Shown piece by piece: positions 25,801 to 39,308 of a stretch of 64,000 nucleotides of DNA (positions are counted from its first letter, which is position 1; each line of letters begins with the position of its first letter). The stretch comes from Paragordius varius (lineage: Eukaryota > Animalia > Nematomorpha). The notes beneath the pieces are model-generated. The model made no database searches. It was not told the origin of the DNA and saw only the letters and a program-made list of their open reading frames with translations. The stretch is from positions 9,858,001 to 9,922,000 of the forward strand of contig OZ176054.1 in NCBI GenBank assembly GCA_964247055.1, given 5' to 3'. A program made the position numbers and the translations under genes.

Positions 25801-28800
25801 TAAAATTATTGTTTCGCTGATATAGATAATGTTTAGTCATATTTATGTATGAAGAATTTAGCTTTTGCTAGAAAATAATAATTTAAGCAAAATTTTTGAT
25901 TAGAACAAACAAATGTGTAAACATTTTTCCAAGGCCCACCAAAACCATGAAAAATCTGAAATTTCTTATTTCATCAAGTTTTTTGTGTACACTATGGGAT
26001 GTCACTATAATTTATGTGATCGATAGAATAAAGCAAGTAAATTCTTAAACTCGCATTTACTGCCTCGTATTTACTATAAATATGGATCGGATAAAAAACT
26101 TTTTAATTAAACCATTTGCACTGGTTGGACATTAAAAACTTCAAGTTGGCCCTTGAATGGTCTTTAAACACCTCCATTTGGTCCTCGAACAGTTGGTTGA
26201 TTCAAGTTGGTTCTTAAAATTTTAATTTTTGATTTAACCATAATTTTTGCATGCATTTTTTATTTTATTATTTTTTAACCTAATTTTCTTTATTTAGTAT
26301 ATATTTATTCATTTAATAATATAAAATTTTCTTCAACCACTTTTTTATTTCAAACTATTTTTTTTACAATTCAACAAAATTATAAACTTTTAAATGATTT
26401 TAATGAAAAACCCAGTAAACTTATATATTTTTTAGTTACTTGTTAATAATAAATTTCCGATATAATTTTTAGAAATTAACAAAGATATACGGTTTTTAAT
26501 TATTAAAAGTTGATATCTATTCAAATTTATGTTAAATAATAGAAAATAGGTTAAAAACGATAAAATAGCTGAATTATTTACGATGATTGATATAAATTAA
26601 TAATAAAACAAAAAAGCCAAAGGACCAACTTGAAGGAAGTGTTTAAAGACCAACTTGAAGTAATCAAGGACCAACTTGGAATGTTCGAGGACTAAAAGTG
26701 TTCAAGGACTCTTGAAGTGCAAATGGTATATTAAATTTTATTATGAGAAAAGTATTGAATTGAATAAGAATTTTTTTCAAAACTACTGAGTTTTTTTAGG
26801 GTTTTATGTACAACAGTAGTCATATTTTTAATAATTTCGAATTTGGAATCAGAGTTTTTTATCAAAAATTATTATAACCATAGTCAATTATATTTTAAAC
26901 CCCGAATAATTGGATAAATAAAATTTGATATATATATATATATATATATATAATTGCTACACAATGTGAAATAACCCAAATTTATTCATAAACTTAAACA
27001 ATACGATTCATCAATATATTATGTGGACGCGTGTTTAATGGTATCGGTTAACCCAGTTCACATTGGTTATTACTATTTTTATACACCATTAGATTTGATA
27101 ATACATTATAAACGGAAAATCTAGTTTTTTGAAATTAAAATTTTCCGATTTTTGGCAGCGAAAAATTTTTTTTATTAAAATTAGCATCCTCTAACAGTTT
27201 TTAAATATACATTAAAGGAAAATTTCCGATAAAACCGATTTTGAGTTTTAGATGTCAAAATTAATAAGCGACAGAATATTTAAAACTGTAAATTATGCCA
27301 AATATTGTAATTTTACCAATACTATAGTATAAGGTTAAATGTTACATATAAAAAATCAGTAAAAAGAGGCTGTTAATAATGTTTGTATAAACTCATGGGG
27401 ATTCTCAATGGATTATAATATGAACGTGGTGTTGGAAAATTATGTAATTTGTAGTTGAAGGAGAATGGGCGCTTTGGTAGACCATATAACTACCGAGATG
27501 ATATAGTGTGAGAGAGAACGATGGGCCAATTTAAAAAGCATTACACTGGACAACAAATTTTTCTGCCATTCGAGTTTTTTGAATTTTCTTATATTTAGTA
27601 TCATTTTAACAGAAAATCTGAAATAAAAATTATAACTCGTTGGAAGAATTTTGTGTAATTTGATTTTTTTTTGATTATGCGCCCTCTTTATCAAAATTTT
27701 ACTAAAAAATATATTTCTTTCAAAATATACAATAATGCCCATTTGTAATATACCATTTGAAAGAGTAATAAAAACTCTATAAAATGCATACTAATATGTA
27801 TTACATCGACACTTAATATTGGACACAAAGAGCCACAAACGCGCGAAGCGAGAGCATTTTTTTTAATTATTATAATTTTAAAACTAATGGATGAAAATAG
27901 CTCAAACTTTGTTTAGATGGTGATGAATGTCCAAAAAAGATAACACAAGAAAGTATTTTTGATTAAACATTTTTTTATTGCTTTTTTGTCACTCAAAACA
28001 GCCATTTTTAGGTTTTTTGTTTTTTAAAAACTACCATCTCATCAATATTAATTTATTTTCTTTATAATGCTGATAATTTCGAAATTTTAAAGATAAAAAC
28101 AAAGTTTAAGGTATTTTTGATCTTTTATAGCCATTATGGAATAAATTTACAGTTATAACTATGCATTTTAGTATCCACTAGGTAAAATTTTTATGATAAT
28201 AAAAATTTTTATTAAAAAAGCAAGCCAAAAGCTTTTTCAAACATTTTTTTTAAATTAAATACTAATATAACCCTAATAATAATATTAAAATAATTTAAAT
28301 GATTTAAAAATTAGTTTGTCTGTGAAAATTCCTGACTTATTTAAGGGTTGAAAATTTTGACCATTTAAATCCAAATAACTTTTACATCCGATGGATTTAA
28401 TTGACTTACTACCATTTAAAAGATGCAGTTTTTTGCGCTCTTTCGAATGATATAAAATACATGGCTTCATATCTAAAACTTTAAATTTATGAAATTTCGA
28501 GTTTAATGTTAAATCGGGGCCAAAAATTATCGATAAACTCTAATATAAAAAAATTCTTTCATGTAGGACCAATTTTCTTTTCAGATATACTAATTATGTA
28601 CTTTAATGAAATAAATTTTAAATTTACAAGAATGGCCGTTAAAAAAAGTTAAAATTTGTTGTCTAGTGTAATAAGAGAATATCGGCTACCTCTAATAATA
28701 AAAATTTTATAAAATTATTGTTTCGCTGATATAGATAATGTTTAGTCATATTTATGTATGAAGAATTTAGCTTTTGCTAGAAAATAATAATTTAAGCAAA

Positions 28801-31800
28801 ATTTTTGATTAGAACAAACAAATGTGTAAACATTTTTCCAAGGCCCACCAAAACCATGAAAAATCTGAAATTACTTATTTCATCAAGTTTTTTGTGTACA
28901 CTATGGGATGTCACTATAATTTATGTGATCGATAGAATAAAGCAAGTAAATTCTTAAACTCGCATTTACTGCCTCGTATTTACTATAAATATGGATCGGA
29001 TAAAAAACTTTTTAATTAAACCATTTGCACTGGTTGGACATTAAAAACTTCAAGTTGGCCCTTGAATGGTCTTTAAACACCTCCATTTGGTCCTCGAACA
29101 GTTGGTTGATTCAAGTTGGTTCTTAAAATTTTAATTTTTGATTTAACCATAATTTTTGCATGCATTTTTTATTTTATTATTTTTTAACCTAATTTTCTTT
29201 ATTTAGTATATATTTATTCATTTAATAATATAAAATTTTCTTCAACCACTTTTTTATTTCAAACTATTTTTTTTACAATTCAACAAAATTATAAACTTTT
29301 AAATGATTTTAATGAAAAACCCAGTAAACTTATATATTTTTTAGTTACTTGTTAATAATAAATTTCCGATATAATTTTTAGAAATTAACAAAGATATACG
29401 GTTTTTAATTATTAAAAGTTGATATCTATTCAAATTTATGTTAAATAATAGAAAATAGGTTAAAAACGATAAAATAGCTGAATTATTTACGATGATTGAT
29501 ATAAATTAATAATAAAACAAAAAAGCCAAAGGACCAACTTGAAGGAAGTGTTTAAAGACCAACTTGAAGTAATCAAGGACCAACTTGGAATGTTCGAGGA
29601 CTAAAAGTGTTCAAGGACTCTTGAAGTGCAAATGGTATATTAAATTTTATTATGAGAAAAGTATTGAATTGAATAAGAATTTTTTTCAAAACTACTGAGT
29701 TTTTTTAGGGTTTTATGTACAACAGTAGTCATATTTTTAATAATTTCGAATTTGGAATCAGAGTTTTTTATCAAAAATTATTATAACCATAGTCAATTAT
29801 ATTTTAAACCCCGAATAATTGGATAAATAAAATTTGATATATATATATATATATATATATAATTGCTACACAATGTGAAATAACCCAAATTTATTCATAA
29901 ACTTAAACAATACGATTCATCAATATATTATGTGGACGCGTGTTTAATGGTATCGGTTAACCCAGTTCACATTGTTTATTACTATTTTTATACACCATTA
30001 GATTTGATAATACATTATAAACGGAAAATCTAGTTTTTTGAAATTAAAATTTTCCGATTTTTGGCAGCGAAAAATTTTTTTTATTAAAATTAGCATCCTC
30101 TAACAGTTTTTAAATATACATTAAAGGAAAATTTCCGATAAAACCGATTTTGAGTTTTAGATGTCAAAATTAATAAGCGACAGAATATTTAAAACTGTAA
30201 ATTATGCCAAATATTGTAATTTTACCAATACTATAGTATAAGGTTAAATGTTACATATAAAAAATCAGTAAAAAGAGGCTGTTAATAATGTTTGTATAAA
30301 CTCATGGGGATTCTCAATGGATTATAATATGAACGTGGTGTTGGAAAATTATGTAATTTGTAGTTGAAGGAGAATGGGCGCTTTGGTAGACCATATAACT
30401 ACCGAGATGATATAGTGTGAGAGAGAACGATGGGCCAATTTAAAAAGCATTACACTGGACAACAAATTTTTCTGCCATTCGAGTTTTTTGAATTTTCTTA
30501 TATTTAGTATCATTTTAACAGAAAATCTGAAATAAAAATTATAACTCGTTGGAAGAATTTTGTGTAATTTGATTTTTTTTGATTATGCGCCCTCTTTATC
30601 AAAATTTTACTAAAAAATATATTTCTTTCAAAATATACAAGTAATGCCCATTTGTAATATACCATTTGAAAGAGTAATAAAAACTCTATAAAATGCATAC
30701 TAATATGTATTACATCGACACTTAATATTGGACACAAAGAGCCACAAACGCGCGAAGCGAGAGCATTTTTTTTAATTATTATAATTTTAAAACTAATGGA
30801 TGAAAATAGCTCAAACTTTGTTTAGATGGTGATGAATGTCCAAAAAAGATAACACAAGAAAGTATTTTTGATTAAACATTTTTTTATTGCTTTTTTGTCA
30901 CTCAAAACAGCCATTTTTAGGTTTTTTGTTTTTTAAAAACTACCATCTCATCAATATTAATTTATTTTCTTTATAATGCTGATAATTTCGAAATTTTAAA
31001 GATAAAAACAAAGTTTAAGGTATTTTTGATCTTTTATAGCCATTATGGAATAAATTTACAGTTATAACTATGCATTTTAGTATCCACTAGGTAAAATTTT
31101 TATGATAATAAAAATTTTTATTAAAAAAGCAAGCCAAAAGCTTTTTCAAACATTTTTTTTAAATTAAATACTAATATAACCCTAATAATAATATTAAAAT
31201 AATTTAAATGATTTAAAAATTAGTTTGTCTGTGAAAATTCCTGACTTATTTAAGGGTTGAAAATTTTGACCATTTAAATCTAAATAACTTTTACATCCGA
31301 TTGATTTAAATGACTTACTACCATTTAAAAGATGCGGTTTTTTGCGCTCTTTCGAATGATATAAAATACATGGCTTCATATCTAAAACTTTTAATTTTCG
31401 AAATTTCGAGTTTAATGTTAAATTGGGGCCAAAAATTATCCATAAACTCTAATATAAAAAAATTCTTCCATGCTAGACCAATTTTCTTTTCAGATATACT
31501 AATTATGTACTTAAATGAAATAAATTTTAAATTTACAAGAATGGCAGTTAAAAAAAGTTAAAATTTGTTGTCTAGTGTTATGAGGAAACATTTATGTTAC
31601 AAAAAACTTTGAAAAAGACTTTGGAAGTGACATTATATGTCATGAAACAGGTGTCGTTTATTGGAAATATCCTACGCATGTGCTATAATTGTTATCTACC
31701 CAAACTAAATAATATATTATTTTTTATTCCTTAGATGGGGGTCTTTTTTGATTATTGGAATAATATTAAAAAATATTTTGTTTAGATTTCGTCGTGTTAA

Positions 31801-31983
31801 AAACATTAACCAAATAACATGGATAAAAAATATTACATCATTTTATGAATATCCCATATATTCTTTTTAAAAGAAAATAAAATTAAATGCACTATGCATC
31901 AGTATTGTTTAAATTTAGTTTCAGAAATAATGCACCCATTTAAACTTTAATTAGCTCTAATTTTTTTTCCTACACCACTTGTA

Positions 31984-33172
31984 AAACGGTGCGCCCTAAA
32001 AAATAAAGGAAATTAATCATATATTATTGGTAGTAAAAGCGTCAGGATAATTATTATGAAAACGATATATGCGGTATTGGAAAAAGTTATTTAAATTTTT
32101 TTGTCAGTGGCTAAAATTCAAAAATCGCGTTTTTATCGCACATAAAAATTAAATAAATATATAAAAAAGCGTCAACCAAATTTTAATAGTTTAAATAGAG
32201 CATAAGGATTTCTAAACGCAAAATATTTAATTTACATTTTCGGAGGGTCTTAGAAAGACTTACAAGAATATAAGAAATATTACACCTCGGCGTCAAATTA
32301 TAATTATAAAAACTTGTTTATATACGCAAAATAATTTCTTATTATTAAAAAAATCATATATTACCACATATAGAGTTTATTTTATATATCCTTAAAAAAA
32401 TTAAGCCCATATATAAAAAGAAAAATTTTCGATAATTTGAAGCAAAGCGAAAGCTGCGTATATTTTTTTAAAACATTTAATATATCTAAATATTTTTTCC
32501 ATGCAATCGATGCAGAAATCATCTCAGATTTTTGATATAGGGAATTTTTATACCTTAAAGCAGGTAGTAAGTCAAAATGGAGTCAATAATATATTCAAAA
32601 TTTTCGGGTAAGAAATTTTCTAAATCGAATCTGAGATGATAGATCATTTTTTGTGCATCTTATATGGAAAAGTATTTGTAATATATGTATTGTATGTTTA
32701 ATAAAAATTATACGCAGGTTCCGCTTATCCAAAAATTTTCTTTTTTTATAAGGCTGAATTTTTTTAAGGCTATATAGATAATATATTTTTTTTCAAATAA
32801 AATTAATATCATTTATAGCATATTAATAAGTGTTTATGATTAATATATGATTTTTTATCTAATGTTCTTGAAAATCTCTGGTGGACCCTCTTAAAACATG
32901 TATAATCTTTGTTAATAATATTATGCGTTTAGAATTATCCTTATGTTAAATAAAAATTTAGTTGACACGTTTTCATCTATCGTATTTAATTTTATTTGAC
33001 CTAATATGCGAGAAAAATGCGATTTATTGATTTTGGCTAATAACAGAAAAATTGAAATAACTTTTTTAGTATTTAATATATATCGTTTTAATAATCATTT
33101 TCCTGTGTAATAATTAGCTATCGAATGGCATATGATTTATTAACCTTTATTTTTTGCATTTTCGCCGCTGAG
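31984..33172. mobile_element. Degenerate long-TIR element, same family as 38102-39177
   Basis: 32043-32180 is the reverse complement of ~32960-33106. The internal sequence is collinear with 38190-38520 at low identity, and the ends are eroded. Confidence 0.6.
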
Positions 33173-33226
33173 GTTATAGTCAAAGATAATTTAAAATTGC
33201 TGATAAACTATGATGTTATAAATTTG

Positions 33227-34744
33227 CAGTAGTGTACCGAGGGGAGGCAAGGGGCTGAATCATGCCCCGGGCGTCGTTATTTAGGGTCGCCTAAATGTTT
33301 TTTTTAATTAAATTTTAATTTTTCAAAATTAAATACAACTTTCAAGTAAGATTTTTCAGGAATCTATGTAATAATCCTTAAAATAATAAAGTTATATAAA
33401 TGAGATTAAGAGCAAACATTATGCATAAAATAACTTTTATGTAATGCCAACTTACTTTTCGCTTAAAAAACTTTCTTTATCACGCACTTATAATTTTTTT
33501 ATTGCCTTTAATTAAACTGTTTTAACTTCCTCTGTTCAAAACCTTATCTCCCATCCTTATAATTTATAATTGCAATTTTATTTTAATCATATTCAATTTC
33601 AAAACCTAACTTTATTTATTTAAATCCCCAAGATCATTCCATATCTAACATGGTAGGTTTTTATTATTAATTAGCCTTGTATTTATAATTACTTTTATTT
33701 TCATCAATGCCTAAAGGAAACGAAAAGAGAATAAAACAAAGAAAATGCGAATGAGTATAAAATCTTGTTTAACGAAAATATCTGACCATCATTGAAAAAA
33801 ATGTATGCGACACAAACATTACGATACCCCTTACTAATAACTTAAATACACCTGAAACCCTAGTTATTGATCCAATAAATATAGATGAGAAAACTACAAA
33901 TATACCATTAGTAATTCCAAGCGCTATACATATAGAATCATGTTGTCGCCATTTTAAAATTTACTAATATTAATGTTCCTATTCAACTTCGCACAAAAAT
34001 GATTATTCATGGATCTCAAGGATATTAAATTAAATGCAATCTCTTTGAAACAAAAAATCACCGTTCAATGCCCAAGTTTGGTTTTTTCGACGTGTCGGTA
34101 AAAATGAAGGATTTGAAGTTGAGAGGTCTTTGCTTTTATATGCCATTGTCAAGAGTGTCCTTGAACACTTCAAGTTGGTCCTTTGACTTTTTTCTTTTGT
34201 TTTTAAATTTTATAATCAAACCGTAAATCATTATCTATTTTATTGTTTTTAACCTATTTTCTTTTATTTGACATAAATTTTAAATCAATATCAACTTTTA
34301 ATCATTTAGAAACCGTATATTATTAATTTAAAAATATTTTGGATATTTATAAGGTTTTAACACCTAATTAAAAAATAGTTTTTTTGGGTTATTATCAACA
34401 ATTTTTCATTGCAAACATTTAAAAGTTAATAATTTTGAAATTGGAAAAAAATAATTTGAAACAAAAAAGGGGTTTTTGAATATAAACTTTTATTTTTAAA
34501 TGTATAAATATATATTAAATAAAGAAATTAGGTAAAAAAATAATAAAATAAAAAAACATGCAAAAATTATGGTTAATTCAAAATTTAATTTTACGGACCA
34601 ACTTGAAGTGTTCAAGGACCAAATTGAATGAAAATAGTCTCAATCATCAAAAAGCATTTACTACTTGGAAAGAGGCAGAAAGAAATTGATTAAATTGGTT
34701 CAAAAGAAGGAGGGGGCAGGCGCCGCAAATGCTCGGTACCACTG
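33227..34744 (+). mobile_element. hAT non-autonomous deletion derivative with 8-bp TSD TAAATTTG
   Basis: cagtagtgtaccgag...ctcggtaccactg, flanked by taaatttg at 33219-33226 and 34745-34752. Transposase relics FNAQVWFFRR...ERSLLLY and ENSLNHQKAFTTWKEAER (Tip100/ZMYM1-type HExSxxH..W motif). Confidence 0.85.
34141..34626. mobile_element. Truncated foldback-family MITE nested in the hAT derivative
   Basis: gtccttgaacacttcaagttggtcc...ggaccaacttgaagtgttcaaggacc, the same subterminal repeats as 46648-47308. Confidence 0.7.
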
Positions 34745-34991
34745 TAAATTTGATCTAGTTAAAAGCAGTGGTTTAGCTATAGCAATCGCATTTAGCATAA
34801 TCCGAAAAAATAAAGCCACTAAAATATTAAATAGGTGATATTTGCTTGAAACATCAAATAAGAATGAAGTTATGTGTGCTGATTAAATTTATTGGTACTA
34901 GCATCTAATAAATGAACTAACAAGTGTTTTTGGTTGATAAATGTAACTAGATTTTAATTGGTTAATAAATGTAACTATATTTTAATAAATT

Positions 34992-35147
34992 TTATTTGTA
35001 ATTAAAAGAAAGTGTAGGTGGGGAATCGATCGAAAACACCAATTTTCCATAATCAAAGTTGATATTGGCTTTAGGCCGATATGCCAAAAAATATTCATCA
35101 ACTTCAAAAGTTATTCCCTTTATGTCCACTTTGAAACACTTTTTCTC
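34992..35147 (-). CDS. Candidate exon EKKCFKVDIKGITFEVDEYFLAYRPKANINFDYGKLVFSIDSPPTLSFNYK*
   Basis: Acceptor tattttag and 51 open codons in a GC-richer patch. The upstream junction is unresolved. Confidence 0.4.
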   Translation of the reverse strand, partial: EKKCFKVDIKGITFEVDEYFLAYRPKANINFDYGKLVFSIDSPPTLSFNYK

Positions 35148-35535
35148 CTAAAATATAAAATAATTTAAACAAAAAGATTATTAAAAATAATAGAAATGAA
35201 AATCAGAAAACTTGACCTTTTCCTTTTTTCAGTGGTGACTTATTGGGTGAGTTTTATATCTTAGAGCTTAATCTTGTAAATATACTGTATTTATTTTTAC
35301 TTAAAATTATCAATTTATCCTGTATTACCCTGATCTTAACAATATAATATAGGATGAAAATATTTAATGGAAAATAAAAAACATTAAAGAGACCAAGTTC
35401 TTTAGATAAACCGATTTACGGTAGAATCAAACTTACTCCCTAATTTCATTTATATTTTGTAAAGAAAACTTGGCACCAATAATTTATTAGTTAGTCTGGT
35501 TAAAAATGTGACTCAATAAATATCAATGAAATTAC

Positions 35536-35975
35536 CAAAAATCATAATTTTAGAAAAATTCGGCCTTTTAAACCTATAAATATTATTCGTGAATCGAATG
35601 CTGGTCTACTATAATTTTATCAATTCCATATAAAATATAGACATATCCGGCATACTTTAAAGTTGAAAATATATGCCCTTTCCCACTCATTTTTAACCTT
35701 TTTAAATAAATTATAATTCCGCCACCAATAAAATGTAGAATATTTATAATAAAAAATTATTTCAAAATCAAGTTAATAATATAAAATTAGTTGTCATTAG
35801 TATCATAAATTACTTACGCGTTCTATATCCACCACCTTGTCTAGTATAGTTTTGTCTCTGGTATTTAAAAATATTTTATATTGATTAGTTGGGTTCAAAT
35901 CCAAAAATTTAGTGCAGATTTCCAAAGTCTTATCATTGATACAGCCATAATCATCTTTTAATATATTCTCATTTT
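35536..35975 (-). CDS. Candidate 3-exon segment (35975-35818, 35697-35656, 35605-35536) of an unknown protein: ENENILKDDYGCINDKTLEICTKFLDLNP...DIER|VKNEWERAYIFNFK|TSIRFTNNIYRFKRPNFSKIMIF
   Basis: GT-AG junctions (GTAAGT, GTATGC, GTAATT) join in one open frame, with introns of 120 and 50 nt. Confidence 0.5.
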
Positions 35976-37384
35976 CTAAATTATTATTGAGACAAAGATT
36001 AATAAAATAAAAGATTAATAAAATAATATGATAATTAAGTTTGTTTAAACTTTTGACAAAAATCATTTGAATCGACACACCCAATTATTAAAAGACTGAT
36101 AAAATTAATTTTTTTGGGAGATATTTTAAATTCATATTTCAGTTCTTATACATCTTATTTAACATTTGGATATATCACATTATTAGAATCCTTTGATTCA
36201 AATTGGGGTCTTTTACCCCAGGCATGTTTTAAATATTTCAAAAATATGGAATGAATAGAACCCTGGCAAACATTGGATTTATATAAAACTAATAAACCTA
36301 AGTATTAAAGCCATTTTAAAATACTTAATATTACTTTTTAAGGTAGAACACAGGGCAAAATTTAAGTCATGACATGTATGCATTAGCTAATTTTAAAATT
36401 ATAAAATAAGTTTTATATGGAACTTTTTTTAAAAACGAATATTTATATATTTCGACTTATCTAGATAAATTTTATTAGGAAAGAAGTATAAATTAACCGT
36501 TTCTTTTAGTATCTGTTTATTAACTTAAATATAGTCTGTATTTTATAGACCCCAATTTGAATCGAAGTAGTATAACATTATCGATAAAAATGTTAAAAAA
36601 TAATCGTATTTAATGAGAAAAAGCCGTTTTTAATTTTTACCATATGTATAAATGGAAATATTATGTTATCAAATTTGAATTTACCCCCAAACTCTTTCAT
36701 ATGCATTTTAATCCTGGCTTATTCGCAATATTTGATAAATTGGCAACACAGTAGTGTAAAACAATTTTTCCCTATCTTATATAATTTTTATTTTATTCAA
36801 CATTATGTTATATTTTCCATATATAACTGTGTTGCCAAATGATTAACTATGAGCGTATGAGTCAGCATTAAGCATACTGTAATTCAGATGATTAACTTTA
36901 ATTTGCTAATGCGAAATTAAAACCGATTTAAATGGAGTATTAAGCTGGATTTAAAAAATAAATAACATGGAATTAATAAATACTCATATAATTACCAATA
37001 AGTGTTTTGCCATTGACTAAAAATACATTAAATATTATAATATATGTCAAATCAGGTTTCACAATGGCATATTTGATGTATTAGCACTATCTTTCCAAAC
37101 TATCAAACACCAATGATCACCTATTAAAAATCTTTTTTGATATTTATATTATTTTTGGTCTTTGAAAATTGTTAATACTTAAATGTTTAATGTTTAATGA
37201 TTGATGATACCCATACAAAAAACGATAAATCTGTGCGCTTATTAAAATTTGCACATCTATTGGCTAGTATTAGTTTCAATAATTACGTGAAAAAATAACT
37301 CTTAATCAATATTTTATGATTATATGTTATGATTTTATAATTTAGCTGTATAATTTTATAAAATTAACATAATTATACTCTTAC

Positions 37385-37748
37385 AGAAAAATGTTATCAA
37401 GCTTTCACGCGACATAGCCAATGGTCCGTCACGATTTGTGTATATCATTATCGAATAATTTCCAGGTTCAAAGTTATCAACAATAAATTTTGGCCTCTCG
37501 TTCTAAAATGGATGGAAAATAAATTATTAAAAACATATTTAATGAATATTTTATTACCATCGCATTTGCCAATTTCACATGTTTCTTTCCAGACATGGTG
37601 AATACAATATAACTATTATTGCCCATTTCTGGCACCTCATAATCGAACACTAATTTTGTTGCGTTTCCAGAATTTTCGATTCGCATTTCATAGCCCTCTA
37701 TTTCGTACATTGATGTTTTTCGATTAAAACAGGTCCCCTTCTCCAAAA
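37385..37748 (-). CDS. Two exons (37748-37558, 37502-37385) forming an FN3-like domain: LEKGTCFNRKTSMYEIEGYEMRIENSGNATKLVFDYEVPEMGNNSYIVFTMSGKKHVKLANAM|NERPKFIVDNFEPGNYSIMIYTNRDGPLAMSRESLITFF
   Basis: Phase 1-0-1 with a 55-nt AT-rich GT-AG intron and GTAAGA final donor. FxVxNxxPGxYxIxIxTxxxG resembles the FN3 F/G strands. Confidence 0.75.
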
Positions 37749-38101
37749 CTGTGATATATATAATTATATCTGTTTATTAACTATATAAAAACCGTTCGAA
37801 AACATTTAATTAATAATTTTAAATATAGGATAGATAGATGCTTTGAACCTTAAAATAAGTTTAACGTTTATTTAGCCTGTATTAATGTGTTCCTTGTTAC
37901 AAATTCAGATAGATTAATAAAAACATCACAAGCATTCATAGTTAACGGCAGATATACAAAATAATCTCATAACATTGATTTTAAAAATAAATCTGATATT
38001 ATCAATCAACAAATTATATTATGATATCAAGTACATACTATAATATAGTCCAATTTTGAGGGTGCATAAGCCTATTATATATGGCCATTTTCAGGATATT
38101 A

Positions 38102-39177
38102 CACTGTGCGGCGAAAATGGGAATTAAAAAATGAATGTTACATAAATTATATAGCTAAAAGCTACCGAATGATAAATATCGAATAGTATATGCGAAAGAT
38201 ATTTTAATTTTTAAACATCAAAATAAAAAAACGCATTTCTATCGGACAAATAAAATTAAATAGACAAAAACGCGTGAACCAAATTTTATTCGTTATAATG
38301 TTCTATGACACCTAAATAAATTTTTTCAGTAAGAATTTTACATTTCAGACTAAGAAAGATTTACAAGAATCAACTAAAAAATTGCCCTTTAATGTCAAAA
38401 TTGACTCATAAACTTTATATACGGTAAGGGTAATTTTTCGCTCACATATAGAGTTTACCCAATATCAATCAAAAAAGATTCTTATATAAAAATAGAACAC
38501 TTTGATAATTTTCACTAAATCTGAAGTAGCGTTTTTACAAAATATCCATTGTATATTATAAATACTTTTCTCATATTTTATGCAAAAAAATCTACGCGGT
38601 TAATTGATTGAATTATTAGCGAAAATCTATTATCATTTTTGGGCATACAAATAAAAAATGAGTAAATGGATCTTTTTTCTGCACGAATCGTATAATAAAA
38701 GTAATAATATATAATGGATGTTTTGTAACAATTATATGCTACTTCCGCTCGGTGAAATTATTAAATCTTGATATAAGGCTTAATTTTTTGTGAAGGCGAT
38801 ATAGTGGGTAATTATATATAAAGTAAATTATGATTTTATAAAAATAAAATATTTTATGAATAAACAGGGTATTTTAATTCAACTTATTTAAACACGATAT
38901 TCCAGCTTTGATTCAAAGTTTTTAAAACACTGTGAAAAAATGTAACTTTATTAATATTTTTCGTTTAGGTTTTATCCTTATAGTATAACAAGTAGTAGAC
39001 GCGTTTACCTCTATTGTATTTAATTCTATATAACCTGTGTGATAAAAATACGGTTTTATTTTCGTTAATAACAGAAAATAAATTTTCTAGTATTTTAACC
39101 GTAATTATTCGATATCATTATCCGTAACTTTTAGCTATCGATCATGCATGAACATTCATTTTTTGATGTGCACCGTG
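38102..39177. mobile_element. 1076-bp long-TIR element, CAC(T/G)GTGC termini, TTA TSD
   Basis: tta|cactgtgc...gcaccgtg|tta; about 200-bp imperfect inverted arms (38102-38290 and 38995-39177). Confidence 0.8.
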
Positions 39178-39308
39178 TTATTTAAGGGCTTTATAAGTAA
39201 ATACAAAATCCAATATATCATCAAAATATTTTGGGACAAAAATATGAATTTTTTTTCATTTATATTTGCGATTGACACATATTATTTTTCATAAAAATGT
39301 ATCTTGAA

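Larger units (their letters stand above)
19945..31577 (+). repeat. Tandem array of 4 near-identical ~2909-bp units (starts 19945, 22852, 25761, 28670)
   Basis: aataagagaatatcggctacc recurs at spacings of 2907, 2909 and 2909. The same ORFs recur in the ORF track. Confidence 0.97.

Noticed and set aside
21622-31561. Repeated 61-100-aa ORFs in the tandem array
   Set aside because: They lie mostly within a non-autonomous TIR element, change length with 1-nt indels between copies and show no recognisable motifs.
35585-35690. IIVDQHSIHE resembling the MutL DQHAxxE endonuclease motif
   Set aside because: Followed immediately by a stop, with no other MutL similarity; an alternative spliced frame explains the region better.
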